From contig NMRA01000017.1 in NCBI GenBank assembly GCA_002633005.1, positions 1,332,545 to 1,396,544 of the forward strand: a stretch of DNA of 64,000 bases, in the 5' to 3' direction. Shown here in pieces: positions 1-14,006 of this stretch. Source of the stretch: Phoronis australis (taxonomy: Eukaryota; Animalia; Phoronida). Position 1 is the first letter of the stretch. Each line of letters opens with the position of its first letter. Below the pieces are notes generated by a model. The model saw nothing but the letters and a program-made list of their open reading frames with translations, had not been told where the DNA came from and did no database searches. The position numbers and the translations under genes are program-made.

Positions 1-2318
1 ATCCAAAATACGCAAGAAAATTGCAAAAGCATGAGAAAGACTGAAAAGATGGGCGATTAACAGCATTAGGCGTGCTGACGAGGGTAGCTCACGCCCACCC
101 GATGGTACAGCACAACACTTCACTTTTTTAAAAGTAGCAAGTTAATGAATCTGGTGTACTGTATCATGCATACGTACTGGCAAAAGCAAAAGTCATTCAT
201 CAGAAATCACAAAATAACTGATAACACATAAAATCAATTGAGTATAGTGTCACCATGGCGTCACCGCCACAAGCGTGACGGAGAATGGCCTTTCATAAAA
301 CCATTTAATGATTTGATGAAAGCAAATGCAGCCAGGAGGTCAATTGGTTTCTCATTGTCACAATTCACATCGTACTTAACGAAACTACTTTAACATTGAC
401 TATGTTATTTCTAAACTAATTGGTAAAATCGTGTTTGACGTCCAAAATCTTCTTCAACTGGTTTGCTAAACCTTTTTAAAATTCCTCTGGATTTGTCTTC
501 AGATTTATTAGGCACTAAACGAATTATTTCACTGGAGCAGTGGGCTGTCAAATTCTAAACGATTAGCTTATGGGCGGTTCATTTGTTAGTGTCTGTCTAC
601 GTTCATCACTCTCGCCCGGTATAAAATTTGCCTCACATTTTTCTTTACGTACATTAGAAATGTTTTAAAGGTTTGAGAAGGGTGTAGTATTGTTAACTGA
701 TTTCACTCCGAACAAATGGTAAGAACGGGATTACGTTCTGGAAGGGAGAAAGTCTTTTACACCAGCGCAGCATTTTCACGCCTTCATGGAATTTGTACAG
801 TGCCTGACATTTGATCGAAATTCATATGATCAAGAAGGGACTTACTGTTGTGAAAAGAATAGTGAACCCTGTTTTGATGATTTTACTCAAAGCTGGCTCT
901 TTCCGTGAACTACATACACGCAATCCGATCACAGGGGCTTACTTAATCATCTTGAGCACTAAAACCTAGGCGAAAAATCCTCAGTTTGGTCGGTAGAACG
1001 TGTAGTTAATGATGCGTCTTGTCACTGTTTCTCCGAAGCACATTGCCAAGGTGATTTTCTGATATCACCCCAGACCACTCAAAATCACGCGAATGAAACG
1101 CAATTCACTTGATCGGAAACTTACTACAAAAATGGCGGTCACAGAAGTGATTTGTTGGCGAGACTGGAATGTTGAATTATGTAATAGAATTGTCTGTTAT
1201 AACAAATATTTCTCTCTACAAGTTCCTCACGGTCGTCTTGCGTTTGCGGAACGCGCCCCCTTTATCGAGAGAAACTTGCCCCTAGAACAGCTGTGGCAAC
1301 GAGCAGGTGTGACTGACTTCACTAACCATTAATTGAAACTGCGTTGAGTGTCGAATGTGACAGAAGTCTCGCCTGATCTCGCCTCATCACGAAGTATTCT
1401 CTTATGGGCATTTCCTGTTGTATCAGCCCTTGATCAGTAAAAGTATCATTCAAGTGAAACTGCCCATTTATTGTTTCAAGAAGTGGTTCCAAGCTATGGT
1501 TCCAAACAAAGTTTTTCCTCCCGTCCGTCGATTACGTATTGCACATTAAGTCTATTTATTTTTATATTGTATTCTGTGATGCATCCATGTCACTATAATA
1601 AATGTGAAACATATCAACCTGCCAAAGCGGGAATAACTCTCGTTGATTTGCATGTAGCAGACTTTGCGTCGGTAAGGAGTAATTAGAGCTTGTTACAATA
1701 CTTATAAAAATTCACGATAGATATTTGATTGGGTCACTTAGGCACAAAGTATCGATAATTATCTTATAAGTATCTTATCTCACGTACAAAATGTAGAATT
1801 TCAAATCTGTCTTTATGTATCTATTACATTTCTTCCAATTCACGACCTTTCACGGACAGCGAAAATCGACGCGTTTGCATCCCCGAGCATACAAGATTTG
1901 TGGGGTACGAGTCTTTTGATCCACTGGACTTTCGAACGTCACACAGACAATCGTCTGCTCGGTAAGCTTTCAGTTGACGGATAGATGCTACATGTATGCT
2001 GGAATCTACGATAAACTGAACTTCTTGAAATAGCAGTAAAATGAAGTGATCTCACCAGATGGTAGCCTATTGTGTATTTCAGTGATGTTGATGCAGCTCA
2101 AGCCGCTGAGCGCTGGCCTACATTCCTTTGTGTATATGACGTCTCTAACTATCAGGTCCAGGAGGAAAGGTACATAAATGATCTATTAAAAATAATAATA
2201 ACAGACTCAATCAGTTTTATACAAATTAAGCTCAATGTTTGCCAATTTCATCAAAGCCTAGAGTTCAAAAGCTTTCATCTTATACATCAACTATATTGGC
2301 AGATGGATTATGAAATCT

Positions 2319-3054
2319 TTAACAGTTAACTGGACTAAATTTTCCTTTCTTCATTTCTTCGTGGGTGACTTGGTTTTCCATCCACTGAAGGATCTTATAC
2401 GACGATACAATCCACACATCGGGCAGTTGTTGGATCTCATCAAGAAACTCTGTCATTGCTTTAAGATTATGGTTTCGGTGCGGTCCGGCAAACCAGGCGA
2501 AGTGCATGTTCAAACCAAATGGCACTTTTTCTTTGCTTGAGTAAAAGCGATAGAAGTTTTTCTTCAAGTACTTAAGTGAATCTTCTTGATTTGATGGCTG
2601 ACACTGGTCAAGCATAGCAAGTCCTACTTTCTCGAATCCAGGAACAGGACAGTCGTAATACTTATTCAGTGGCACCTCCCACAAAGGAAAATCCTTGGTA
2701 GGACAGCCGTGGACGTTGGCACACCGTCCGGGATGGTCTTTCATATTTTCAATCAAATACGGCCAGTACAACTTTGCGCGAGGAACGAGCGAAGTGTCGT
2801 AACTGAAGCCGTTTTCAAACAGCATTTCGAATACATGGTTCCCCCCTACTTCCAGAAAAGGTGCCCTCATTCCTTTCACCTCTGTACTCGATATTCCGGT
2901 CTTCTCCTCCACAATTCTGGTAATGCCGACAACTTCATCTTCCCATTCAGCTTTCGACGCATTCCTCCACCAAGAAGAAGGAGAGCGATGAGTTGTTCCG
3001 TGGCTGTTGATCTCATGTCCGTAGTCGTTGTGAAGCTCCTTCAGCAACTTGAAT
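2319..3054 (-). CDS. Last coding exon of a CE4 polysaccharide/chitin deacetylase gene (catalytic domain, motifs 2-5)
   Basis: ORF carries GHEINSHGTTH (metal His pair), GMRAPFL, F.YDTS, LWEVPL, MLDQC and PFGLNMH, as in metazoan chitin-deacetylase-like NodB domains. Acceptor ttttgtag|A at 3055-3056; TAA at 2319-2321. Confidence 0.92.
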
Positions 3055-3879
3055 CTACAAAATAGTCACGTGACAGCATAACGAAATGCTTCTGCAGCCT
3101 ATTTGCAGTTTATAGCGCATATTTGTAGCATATTTCAGAAACTAAACTTCTCGTGTGTTTTCTGTCAGACCCCATTCCCATGCACGATGTCGCAGCTGTT
3201 ACTGAAGAGTTCGAACGATTACAATGACTTCAATCAAGTTTTATCTACCTGTTATACTTTCTGAAAGGTGTGATTAGCAACTATACCAAAAATATTTGTT
3301 GTAGAAATGGAAATTGATAATCTTTAATTTTTGTTTACACGAATAATTTGTACACAGGTATTTTTGCACGTGAGTATGTTACTCTTGTTTTCTATTTTTT
3401 GGGTTTCTGCTCACAACTACACATGTGCAAACACTCCCAACAAAAGTAAATTTACAAATTTCGATACTGCGAAATTCATCACTGATTTGTAGTCGAAAAC
3501 AAACGCTCAACAGGGAGAACTGTACGGGGAAATCTAAATCCAACATTTTTAAAAGGACCCAAACTTAAAAGTATTTATGATAAAACCTGTAAGGTCCTTT
3601 CCATACGGGTGTAAGGACTTAGAATGTCGTGAAATTTGTAAGACTTGAGGGTAATCCGTAAGAGCGACATGTATGCACATATTAGAGTAAAGCTAGATCC
3701 ACATGAACCCAAAGCAAACATCGAAGGGTCAAAAAACCTCTGCAACCTCATGTAAATTAGGTTATACTGAACAGATTGAGCAAATTTGACCTACATAAAC
3801 GACCATGCAGAGTGAACACCGAGAAATTGATAGTCCAGTGACGCAAATTCTTGATAGTGTTCCGCTTTCATACATGTGT

Positions 3880-4183
3880 CAGTAGCGGATTTAGGGGGCC
3901 ATGCCCACCCAAAAATTCTACCAGATACCATTTGGCAGTTCGGGTGCGAATTGCTGACTAGCATATACGCGCAACCAGCCAGGGGCTCGGGGGGTGAATA
4001 AACAATGCATAGGCCCTGAACAAAGCCCGTTTACCGTTTTTTTTTAATCAAACGGTCCGCAAACCCAAAAATTCGAGACCCCTGTATCCCTACAGTTTAG
4101 CCTGCTCGCTCGCGTCTGCCGAAATTCTGGTTTTTCCTGTGCCCTGGCCCCCCCCCTAACTCAAAATCCTGGATCCGCCCCTG
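3880..4183. mobile_element. MITE with CAG(T/G)GGCGGAT-type TIRs in deacetylase intron 4
   Basis: cagtagcggatttagg ... cctggatccgcccctg termini. A related left end (cagtggcggatatagg) lies at 63341. Confidence 0.6.
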
Positions 4184-4221
4184 TGTGCACGTCATTGCTT
4201 ATTGCCAGTATGCATCCTTAC

Positions 4222-4450
4222 ACAGTATTTACTTGAACCACGTTGTAGGTTGCCGTTACAGTGCAGTTGTTCGGGTTTTTTCTATTCTTAAACAGTTGTA
4301 AGGAAGAGTCAAACACTCCCGGTGTAATTCCGTCGTCGATACTGAAGTAGACAAACATCGGCGTCTTGTTCCGCGATATCTTAACCAGTGACTTCGCAGC
4401 TTCCACTGGTTTCTTTGTTGACAAGGGTTTTCCAGAATCTCCGCCTGAAG
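4222..4450 (-). CDS. Deacetylase exon 4 (linker plus CE4 motif 1)
   Basis: TPMFVYFSIDDG (TFDDG-like motif 1) and RKNPNNCTVTATY. Acceptor tttttgagcag| at 4451-4452, donor GT|gtaagg at 4221. The phase-2 join to the last exon gives VNTVFKLLKEL. Confidence 0.88.
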
Positions 4451-4883
4451 CTGCTCAAAAAAATGATAAAACATATTCATGGTAGCACAGCATGTAAATG
4501 GAGGTATAATGAGGAAATTCGATAGCATTCTATTGGCAAAACTCTAGGTACACAACCGTGAAATCATTTCTTTGTCTTGTTTTTCCCCAAGAGCGTCGAT
4601 GATGTCCTACAGTCTTCCTGAAGACACTCCTTTCTTATTGGGATTGGTACCGGTCCAACAAGGTAGGACATAGAAACCCTTCAGATACTAAGATGTAGCT
4701 ACTGTTTTTAAATTGATACTAGTTAAGTTAAACTGGTTAATTTCAATCACAGATTTCGTCGAAAAAAACAGGCTTTGTACAATAATTTCATTTTAGAATT
4801 AAAAATAAATTATTCCTACCTTGTATGACGAAAGGATTTTCATACAAATAAACTGTAAACATTATGTTAAGTACAATCCTTAA

Positions 4884-6028
4884 AGGAGAATGCCAGCCGA
4901 TTTAACTAGTGTTTGTTACCGTCTTGATCGTTCTATATCCACATGACCTCGCACAGTCGATCACACCTCGCCGAGAGATGTGGCGTTAACCAGTGAGGAA
5001 GGTGAGTATATGACGCAGCGACGTCAGTGATTCTTCAGCTGAGTGTGTGCCGCTATGGTGTGGCATATCGTTCCCGCTTGCGCGAACCACAAAATGTTTT
5101 GGAAGTGGTTACCGGCAGTAAAGAACGAAAAATACGCCGTTAATACCAAGTACGAGGCCGTGTAATATCCCCGTGTCTGTGGCGGGCATTGTTTGATTTC
5201 AAAATAAATTATTCTTACCCTCAACCAATGTTTATATAAAACTGAAACAAAGTGTCAAAGTCTGTCTCAGTAGATACATTTTGTAATGCCTTAGGAGAGT
5301 TCGTGAATGCAAATGTTGTGAGAAATCAAGAATAAATTAGTCATATAGGCTTTAGATGCAATAAAACTAATTCGGACCGGGCGGCCGCCCGTGTTAGCGC
5401 AGTGCTAATTCAGTGTTTGCTGACAGAAAGCTGTTGTGTGGTCAGATGTTAGAGGAATCTTTATTTGTATGTATATACATTATTCAAATCATTGTACCTT
5501 TTCCCTGTACAGTTCTGTGGACTAAGGGAACCTGGTTTCGCGGCCCCCGACGAGTACGTAGACTTGCAATTTCGCCGCGAATTCACCAAAATATTCACGT
5601 GCACATCACTTTATTGGTTCACTAGTCTAGTCTTTTCGTGACTGGAAGTTTAGTTTTCAACTTTCGCAGCAGACTAATCCGGCTGGTTTATGTTTGTAAT
5701 GTCTCCAGTCCGGCTGCGATGAGCCTGATTGGGTTCCAAGCTACTGGGTTATAACGAGCTTAAAAACTCAATGTATTTATAAGGGTTTTACATCGAATTT
5801 TGACGATTTATTGGTGTAAAATGATGAATTCAAACGACAAACTGACACCAGTAAGCGTCTTTTGAACTGCTGAGCAGACTGTGTTAGAGCCTGTGACGTC
5901 ATCGGTTAATTGCAACACCTCCGTCTTTCGCCTGGTGTCAGGTAAAAGAACTGAACTTGCTGTTATCGAATGGAACTATTCTATCTAAATTGATATAAAA
6001 TACGTTGTTTTTTCAGTGGTATTCTCCT
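4884..6028 (+). mobile_element. Non-autonomous Kolobok-like DNA transposon, copy A
   Basis: TTAA|aggagaatgcca ... tggtattctcct|TTAA with a decayed THAP start; homologous to copies B-D. Confidence 0.82.
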
Positions 6029-6699
6029 TTAAGCATACTTACAAGCTTCTTGACCATTTAGCTGAAACTTAAGCCTCCGGATATACAAAAGCATGGCTTT
6101 TACCGCTGTTCAAAAGACTTCCGGGAAAAATCAATTGACTCATTTGATAATCAAACCAGTGTAGGTTTGTCGGCGCGCCATTTAGCGGAGTAATGTTGCA
6201 AACAGAGCACCGCAAGTACACTGGACATGTCGCCGCTGGCATGAAAAACTCCCTTTTGCGACTCAACTACTTTTCCCTAAATTCTTGGCGCATTCACAAA
6301 CTTTGTTTCCTCACTCATGTCATATTTTTCTATCTCTTTATCTTTTTTGCGAGCTCCTCTTTTATTTATGAAATTTTCTAAAGTAAACAGGGCATTGAAA
6401 TTATTGAAAGTAACCAGGCATCTTTTCTTGCAACGCCCCTAACTTAAGGAAGCAGTACTTTTTATTTTATGTAATCTCAAGAATTCAACTGATACATTCA
6501 GTCAACTTTTGATATGTATTAAAGCTAAAACATGACGTAGTAATGAAGATAAAATACCAATGGAAAGGTTAATCAGTGATTGTACAAAGTCCCCAAACGC
6601 GCTGAAAATTTTGAGAACATACCTGAGTCCTGATAGAGACTGTTTCATGCAATCGGCCACAGTGCCACACTTGATTACAAGTGTACGGTTACAGCAAGA

Positions 6700-9600
6700 G
6701 ACGTTTACCGCGCACGATTTCGCCTAAGCCAAGGAACGTATGCTAGATGTGCGACAGGGTTTTCAAGAATGAACGAGGAGTCAAAATCCATCATGGTGTT
6801 ACGAAGTGCTTACAGAGGAAACGGGCACAGCCCGGAGTCTAACCACAGTGCAGCTGGCCTTCTTGATGTTGAGTACCGAACATAGATAGCCTGCAGCCAG
6901 TCGCATTTCCCTTTTGATCCTGAAGTTGCAGAGGCATTCATCGAGGTTTCAAATGAATCTGAAGAGCCTCTTCACGATTCTACGACCAGTCGCCAGTGGC
7001 AGGTTTTCGCCAACACAGAAAATTCTCGAGAAGTACTCACAGTTGAACCAATCCTAATAGAAGATTCCGTCCAGTATACCCCAATGTTACGGTTCCAGCC
7101 ACCTAACCTGAGAGCGCCAAGCGTGACAAGATTCTGGGGCCCAACCATAGCGACACAAGTGTATGGAGGTAGTTGGATGAGGATTCCCCAAAAAAATATT
7201 GACGTAACGTTGGTAGTGTTAGCTCAAGAAATTCGAGTCTTCGACTGAGATAGTCCACAACATCTGCAAAGAACGATTTGGAATCAAAGAGAAGGAGCAG
7301 TTCATTCATGACAGAGGGTTCAGCAGAAGACTGCAGGAGATAGCTAAAATCCAGGTAGATTTGAGGGGTTTAAAGAAGCAATGGAAAGACGCAGAAGAGT
7401 CAGAGAAAGAGGGTTTGCCTGTTCTGAGAGATGAGTTAAGATATCGCTTGTTTAATCTTCAAAGGGCAGAGGGATTGAAGAAGAAAAGAAAGGAGAAGGC
7501 CAGAACAAGACAAGAATTTACCACCAATCCTTTGAAGTTTGCCAAAGAGCTGCTAAGTAACACAACCAGTGGCCAACTGCCGTGTAGCAAAAAGGGGAGT
7601 TAGAACAGCACCTGGCCACCACACATGGGGACCAATTTAGGGAAGCACCCTTAGAAGATTTTGACAGAGTGGATGTAGTTACCATTTGATTTGAGCGACG
7701 TAAAGCTTTCTGAACTTAGAAAGTTTGTGATGAAAGCAAGATCGTCTTGGCCACTCACGCTTACGGTTCAGCTTATTTATAGAGACCTGGAAATCAAAGA
7801 AAGCTTACAAGGAATTGGGGTTTAGCCAAAGGTGTTTTGTCCCAAAACAGTTTGATACAAAGTTAATCAAGGACTTTCATCCCACAACGTAGTTAGATGT
7901 CCAGTGCAGCATCTTTTTTCTTGTTTGATCTGGCCGTGGTTTGACTGGACCTAGCCAATGTGTATGACTCAGTGCTTTGATATTCAAGGCCTTGAAAGTT
8001 TATCATGTCGCATGTGACATTCTATTTCAGAGGTATCAAGATGAGGTTCACCACCAAGGAGGTTTCCACGACATTTCAAGATTTACTGAAAAGCGTTCTA
8101 CGCCGGTGGACTTTTTCAGCCGTCCTGTTCGTGCTACCAATGAACCTTTACTACAATGTGTTAGGATGACATCGTGCCGGCCCTTTGTCGATGATTTGAC
8201 AATACAAACAATTTTTTATTGGCGCTGGTTAGATTCTAAGAAAGCTCGAAGAACTTATGGGTCGGGCAAGGATGCATTTTAAAGTGGAAGAGTACAGAGG
8301 CATAGTTGTTGTCAAAGGAAAGTTAAATCAACACCATGTTTTCATGGTGAGAAGATTCATTCAGTTAGCGACAAAAGTGTCAAGTATTTGGGCAAGGTAT
8401 ACGACAGGTCACTGAAAGACCAGAACAACAACAGAAACACAGTCGGAATGCTGAAAGAAGGTGTTCAAAGAATTCATAAGTGTGATCTGCCAGGGAAGTA
8501 CAAGGTATGGCATGGTGCTACCAGTTTGTGTTCTTACCGAAGATAGAATAGACGTTATTTATGTATGACTTTCCTCTGTCTACAGTGAAATATATGGGGG
8601 GTCTATGCAATCTGTTCATTAGGAAATGGTGAGCTAGGAGTGCCGCCTAGTTTCTCATCTTTTATATTCTCTTGTCAAGGTCTTAAGGTTTCAAAGGTCA
8701 GGAACATGTTCACTCTTCGGGACTACAAAGACAAGTTGGTCAAGTCTGTGGACATCAAAAAGTTACTTCGGTTCGGAAATGGAGCTGAAGCGACAGCAGA
8801 AAGCAGGTTGAGACATACATTGTCGGTCCAATTTGCAGAGGTAGGCAAGGTCTACGCATAGTCCCTTTTCAGAGGTGGTCATCAGCCAAGGAAAAAGTCA
8901 AGAGAGGCATAAGGTGTTAGCAGAGGTTAGCAACGAGGAATAAGAAACAAAATACGCCCGCGCTGTTGGTTTGAGGAAGAAAAGAACTTGAACAGCACGG
9001 GTAGGGATTTTCAACAGGAAGATTTCGTCGACTTATCGTAGATCGTTGGAGCAGCAACGTTTATCTTTTCTGTTGAAGTCCATTGTGACCGCTTACCTAC
9101 CAAAGCAAAATTGAGTGTGTGGAAACTTGAGGAGAATGACAAGTGCAAGGGATGCGGAGGTGGTGAGACACTTCATCATATGCTGTTGTAGTGCATCTCT
9201 AGCTAAAGGAAAATGTACTTGAAGACACGACAAGGTTTTGAAAGAATTTGCTCTTGTACTTGATTAGGAAAGGCGCTCACAAAGAAAGGTTTCCATGGGC
9301 AAGTTCATCTCACTGATAGGAGTTCATTCAAAGCAGTCCAGAGAAAACACATTGACACAAGACTGGAATATGACCGTTGACACTAATACACAAGGCAGAT
9401 TCCTACAAACCTGCGTCCAAATATCGTCATTTGACCCAATTCGACTTAGTCGGTGTGTTAGTTGAACTCATTGTCCCATGGGAGGCCAGGGTGATGGAGG
9501 CTTACAAACGGAAGCTACTGAAGTACAGTGGTCTAATACATCAATGTTCTATCAACTGGCGGAAACCGTTTTGTTTCCCCGTCGAGGTTGGATGCAGAAG

Positions 9601-9875
9601 TTTCGTCCACGCTGCAAGTGTCTGGAAGATGTACAAGGCTCTTGGCGTTTTTGGAAAATCTCATAAGTTGAAGAGAAGCCTGTCATCGGCCGCTGAGATC
9701 GCTTCTTTATAGTTGTGGCTGCAGAGGGTGTTCCAGCAACAGATCCCCCATAAGACCCGAGTCTGATCAGCTCCAGTGGCCTACCGTTTGAGGAAGTACA
9801 AGATTCACGGCTGAAACGTCTGAAGACGTTACTGACGACGGTATGGGGAAAGCAGCACAACACCTGCTGTTTTAA
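6700..9875 (+). mobile_element. Degenerate RLE-type non-LTR retrotransposon (HERO-like), antisense in deacetylase intron 3
   Basis: N-terminal Zn finger C..CDRVFKNERGVKIHHGVTKC (~6741-6810); RT motifs LDLANVYDSV (~7945) and FVDDL (~8185); C..C..ETLHHML..C and RHDKVL (9140-9240); RLE motifs RPNIV, ELIVPWE..K..KY, PVEVGCR. Many stops and frameshifts; ends approximate. Confidence 0.85.
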
Positions 9876-10508
9876 GTAAGCAAGTGCGTGTTTATTGACG
9901 ATAAATCAACTTTTGTGGTTTATGAAGATAGCCGCTCAGCTTGATTGTGAGCTTCAATCATATTTACTTCAGTATTTAGCAGTCATTTCACTAATGCAAA
10001 ATTGCAGCGCCCACATTGAAGCAACAGTCTTAGCAGCGATCACACTTACGACCTTTGATGAAACGAGCCCCACCTCGTAGCTAAGACGAACAAAGGCACT
10101 TGATTGCGAAGGTAGTGTTGCATTTCACAAGAACATACTATTACAGCTAAATTCAGAAGTAGTTTGTAGTCATTCTAAATTCCATTTTTATGTCGACCCT
10201 TTAATAGTTTGTGTGCAATAAAGTTCTAAGCTGCGATCAGACGTACGATCTTTGATAAAACGGGCCCCGTATAGAGACTATCAAGTGGGTATAATATATT
10301 GTAGGGACCCTGGAATTCAACCCGTACTATATCGCACGAGGAAAGAACAGACCAAATATTAACTAATTTTACAAAGCCAGAAATTATCAAAATACTCAAT
10401 TAATATGACGAACCCTCGAACTTTTAAGCGTGTCTTGCCGTTCAAACGGCATTATAGTTATAGTGTTTGCATGCAGATGAACTCGACAATTAAAGCTTTT
10501 TGGCTCAC

Positions 10509-10784
10509 TTTTTATGCCTCCCAATGTATTGTGTCGGCACTGAATAAAGGTGTCGGTAAACTGCACACAGCTGGTGCCTTTGCGACATGAAAATTTGTAC
10601 GTCGAAACGCGAGCAACCGTGTTTGGGCACACAACGCGAACAAAGTCCTTGTTGTTCAAGCAGTAGAAACCAGACTTCGTTCTCGAACAATTGAATGGTC
10701 TGCCATTGGCCGAGTTGCGACGCGGTGGCGGAGGCGCGGTAGTGGAAGACGTGACTCGTGGATTAGGCTTCGTCCGAACAGTCT
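10509..10784 (-). CDS. Deacetylase exon 3: Pro/Thr linker plus second 6-Cys module
   Basis: FNCSRTKSGFYC..CP..FSCRKGTSCVQ..C. Acceptor ctttcaacag|, donor |gtgagc; 276 bp, phase 1-1, in frame with the exons on both sides. Confidence 0.75.
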
Positions 10785-11925
10785 CTGTTGAAAGAAACAG
10801 CACAAATATTAAGGTGACTCCAACAAAATATTACAACTGGCAACAATGTAAATGGTGTGCACACAAACACGATGTATATGAACGCACTGTGTTGAGTGTT
10901 TGCGTTTCCTTCATGGGCGGCGCAGCAGTGAAAAAAGTGGGNTGTAGCCTCCTACGGTGCGCCGCCCATGTCCTTCCATTGTTGGATAGAAGAACATAAA
11001 CAGCGTGTGCCAACTGAAGTTTTGCCGTGCGTCCTGACACACAATCAAAATGTCTCGCTTTTTCACCTACGACAAAGTTATATTTTTATTACATATCAAT
11101 ATGATTTTTCATGAGCCCCATTATCCTGTAAGCATCAATGAAACGTTTTAGGGCCCTTCTGTTTTGGCATAGACTTAGATGTTCCGCTGGCCGGATGCAT
11201 TTGTCCCGTGTTGTCAGACCAGGTGAGACTCCCTTTTTCATTTTTGAATGTTGGCAACTATGCAAAAGGCATTTCTTCCTTACTTACACCGAAAATGGAA
11301 TCATAAAATAGACTACTACAACAAACAGGTCCGTCAATACTTTCCTGGCGTTAGTACCCGCGCTGCCCGACAGAGGAGGCGATCGCCTATTTGATTTTAA
11401 CGGTTATCAGCAATGTCGCGTTGAACGCACGTTTCTGAGTGCCGTTCGATCTCTGACGACATTTCATCGGTAAAACTGAAAAAATCCGTTACGGCTCTCC
11501 ACCAAATTTTAGAATATGAGAGCAAATATACGTCGCGCAATCCTATTCGGGCTATACAAGTGCAACACTTTCACGACTCGTGAACACAGTGCCTCACTCA
11601 TGAGCGGCTCAGGGGGCACCTCAGTTTGGTTCACTAAACGTACCCAAAAACCACTGACGGGCATTGGACCTTAAACACGGCCTGGTGAGAGCATGGAGTC
11701 ATGCAGTAAGTAATGCATTATTTCGAAGCTTTGACATCACCTCCAGTACGTGTGACTGAGGAACAATTTCAGAGACCGATTTCATATCACTAAGTGATCT
11801 AAATCAAATATTGCTTTTGCGACACAATGTGGGTAAATAATTGCTTTAATCAACAAGAAGCCATGTCACACGATCCTTTCACAATGTTAGATCATAGTAC
11901 ATGTAGGCCTATAGGCTCTACTTAC

Positions 11926-12186
11926 CGAATTCCGGTATTTCGACGCATCTCACACTCCCCTCTTCCTGTAAACACACTTTCGTACCGGAGCAAGAGAAAG
12001 GACGCTTCTTTGAAATGGAAGAATTGGAGGGACAGTCCATGTAGAAATAGCTTTTGGATGGGAAATTAACACTCTCGCAGTGATAGCCGCTGACGGCGTT
12101 GGTACAGTTTAGGCCGCGCGCATCTACCACCTGCACTGCATGTATGACGTCGACGATGCCAAGGATGACAACCGACCATGACAAAC
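11926..12186 (-). CDS. Deacetylase exon 2: signal peptide core plus first 6-Cys module
   Basis: GLSWSVVILGIVDVIHA (hydrophobic), then LNCTNAVSGYHC..CP..FSCSGTKVCLQ..C. Acceptor ctcattttag|, donor G|gtaagt; 261 bp, phase 1-1. Confidence 0.78.
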
Positions 12187-14006
12187 CTAAAATGAGGGAC
12201 GCAAGGAGAGAAATATATGAGTTAAAATCATTACAGACAACTTTTGTATCGCACTTATTTACTAAGATATATGTCGATGGAGATCGCAAGTTGAATGTTT
12301 TGGAAGACTGTGTATGCTTTGTGCATGCACTAACTATTTAAAAACTGCTTGATATCTCGAACAAAATGGACGAATTCGACATATCGGACTCTTTCGGAAA
12401 CGTCCAAAAAGTTCTTTTAATAAAAGTGGTGGTGTTCTTTCTGTAGCTTGTATTGCCTACCAAAGTGCCCTCATTTACCAGTGGACTTTAAAAGTATTGT
12501 GGGAGGATCTAACGATTGAGCACCAGATTAAAAAAATCAATTCGCATAAAATGAAATGTAGTAACGTGTTCCCATTGAAACCTTACGTGTCAACAAAAGT
12601 CAGAGAACATGCACAGTAAGAGTCGTCTAGTGACGACTTCGTTTTCAAGTCATCAGCAAACTTGAAACATTTCAACGGCACCTTTAAGAACCAAAAGTCT
12701 CTAGCACCCCAGTTCGATGAATAAAAAACCATTAGAATGGTTCCAGGGGATCAGTGTAATGGACGCAACTGAGCGGCATCCGCACGTCTGGCACAACACG
12801 TATCAGACCGCCTGCAATTCTTATTTTTTAGGGATCAAAATTGAGAAAATAATGACATCTTGTCGAATTCTACATACTTTCATTATGTAACAGAAATACA
12901 GAACGACCCAGAAAGATATCCCGAATGGATTTTTAAAGGCTTTGCCACAGCTTTAGTTCCTAAGCTGGACGCCTGATCCTAGTAGCGTACGCGTGTTCAA
13001 AAACCAATAACGTCATGGAGAGAACACAAAAAACAAAACACATGGCCGAAGAAACATCACTTTACAATAGGAAGAGTTTGCGTGATACTGGTGTCTGATT
13101 AGAGCGAGATTGAACTGAGGTGATCAGTGGCGATAAAATAAATAGGTTGGCTTTCAAAAAAGTGAAAAGTATTCCGTCGCTCGTCCCTGTGCCCCGGCTC
13201 TCTCTGGCGAGCATTAAGCTTGGATGAGGCGGGAAATTTACTTACCTTAAAGAAATAAAATTATAAAAACCAGAATTACCTCCGCAACTTCTCTTCGAAA
13301 AAATCTTCGGCAAAGTGACCAGAATAAAATTTTGCCTTGATGGCGAATGCGTGGTCTACTGTAGCCATGAAATTCCAAACCATTATGCTTTGCACGAAGG
13401 CGTGCCATTTCCTATCTTCACTTCCGGGAATCGAAAATAAGACTCACGGATGGGCCATCCCAAAGGTGAACGTTGTTAACCTAATCAAGAAAATGAACGA
13501 CCACAAACCACAACAAGGTTCATTTGAAGTTCCCTCCTCTTTTCGCGTACTTTGGTTGTCTTACAATTTAAAATGTTAACTAAAATCTTATGCAATTCAT
13601 AAAACATGCTTTGTTCACCTCAAAAAAACTTGCTCCAAACTCTGTAATCCTGAACAAACTAAAAAATACAAAAAATAACAGCCCACGATAAAATACGTCT
13701 ATCGAAATATAGGCGTGCTGTAAATTATTTCCATCGGCAGACAGTTACTGACGCCGAGCAGAGCGTGTGTCTGATCTCTGTACTTGAAACTCTATTCGAA
13801 GACTGACCACGTGCATGTCACCATCGAGTAAACTAACCTAACATATTTGTACTCGAGTCATGCAGCGTGATGAGTACCAGTAGTGTCTGAATTCAGCGAT
13901 TAAATTAGAATTACATATAAAACACGCACGTATACACTTACAACAACATAGTATAATGTTTTCACAGAGACCAGGTTGCACAGAATAGCGAACAAAATGT
14001 ACTCAC

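Noticed and set aside
4560-4700. Possible extra deacetylase exon (also a donor-like site at ~6623)
   Set aside because: No phase-compatible acceptor/donor pair with an open frame was found, and the model is complete without it.
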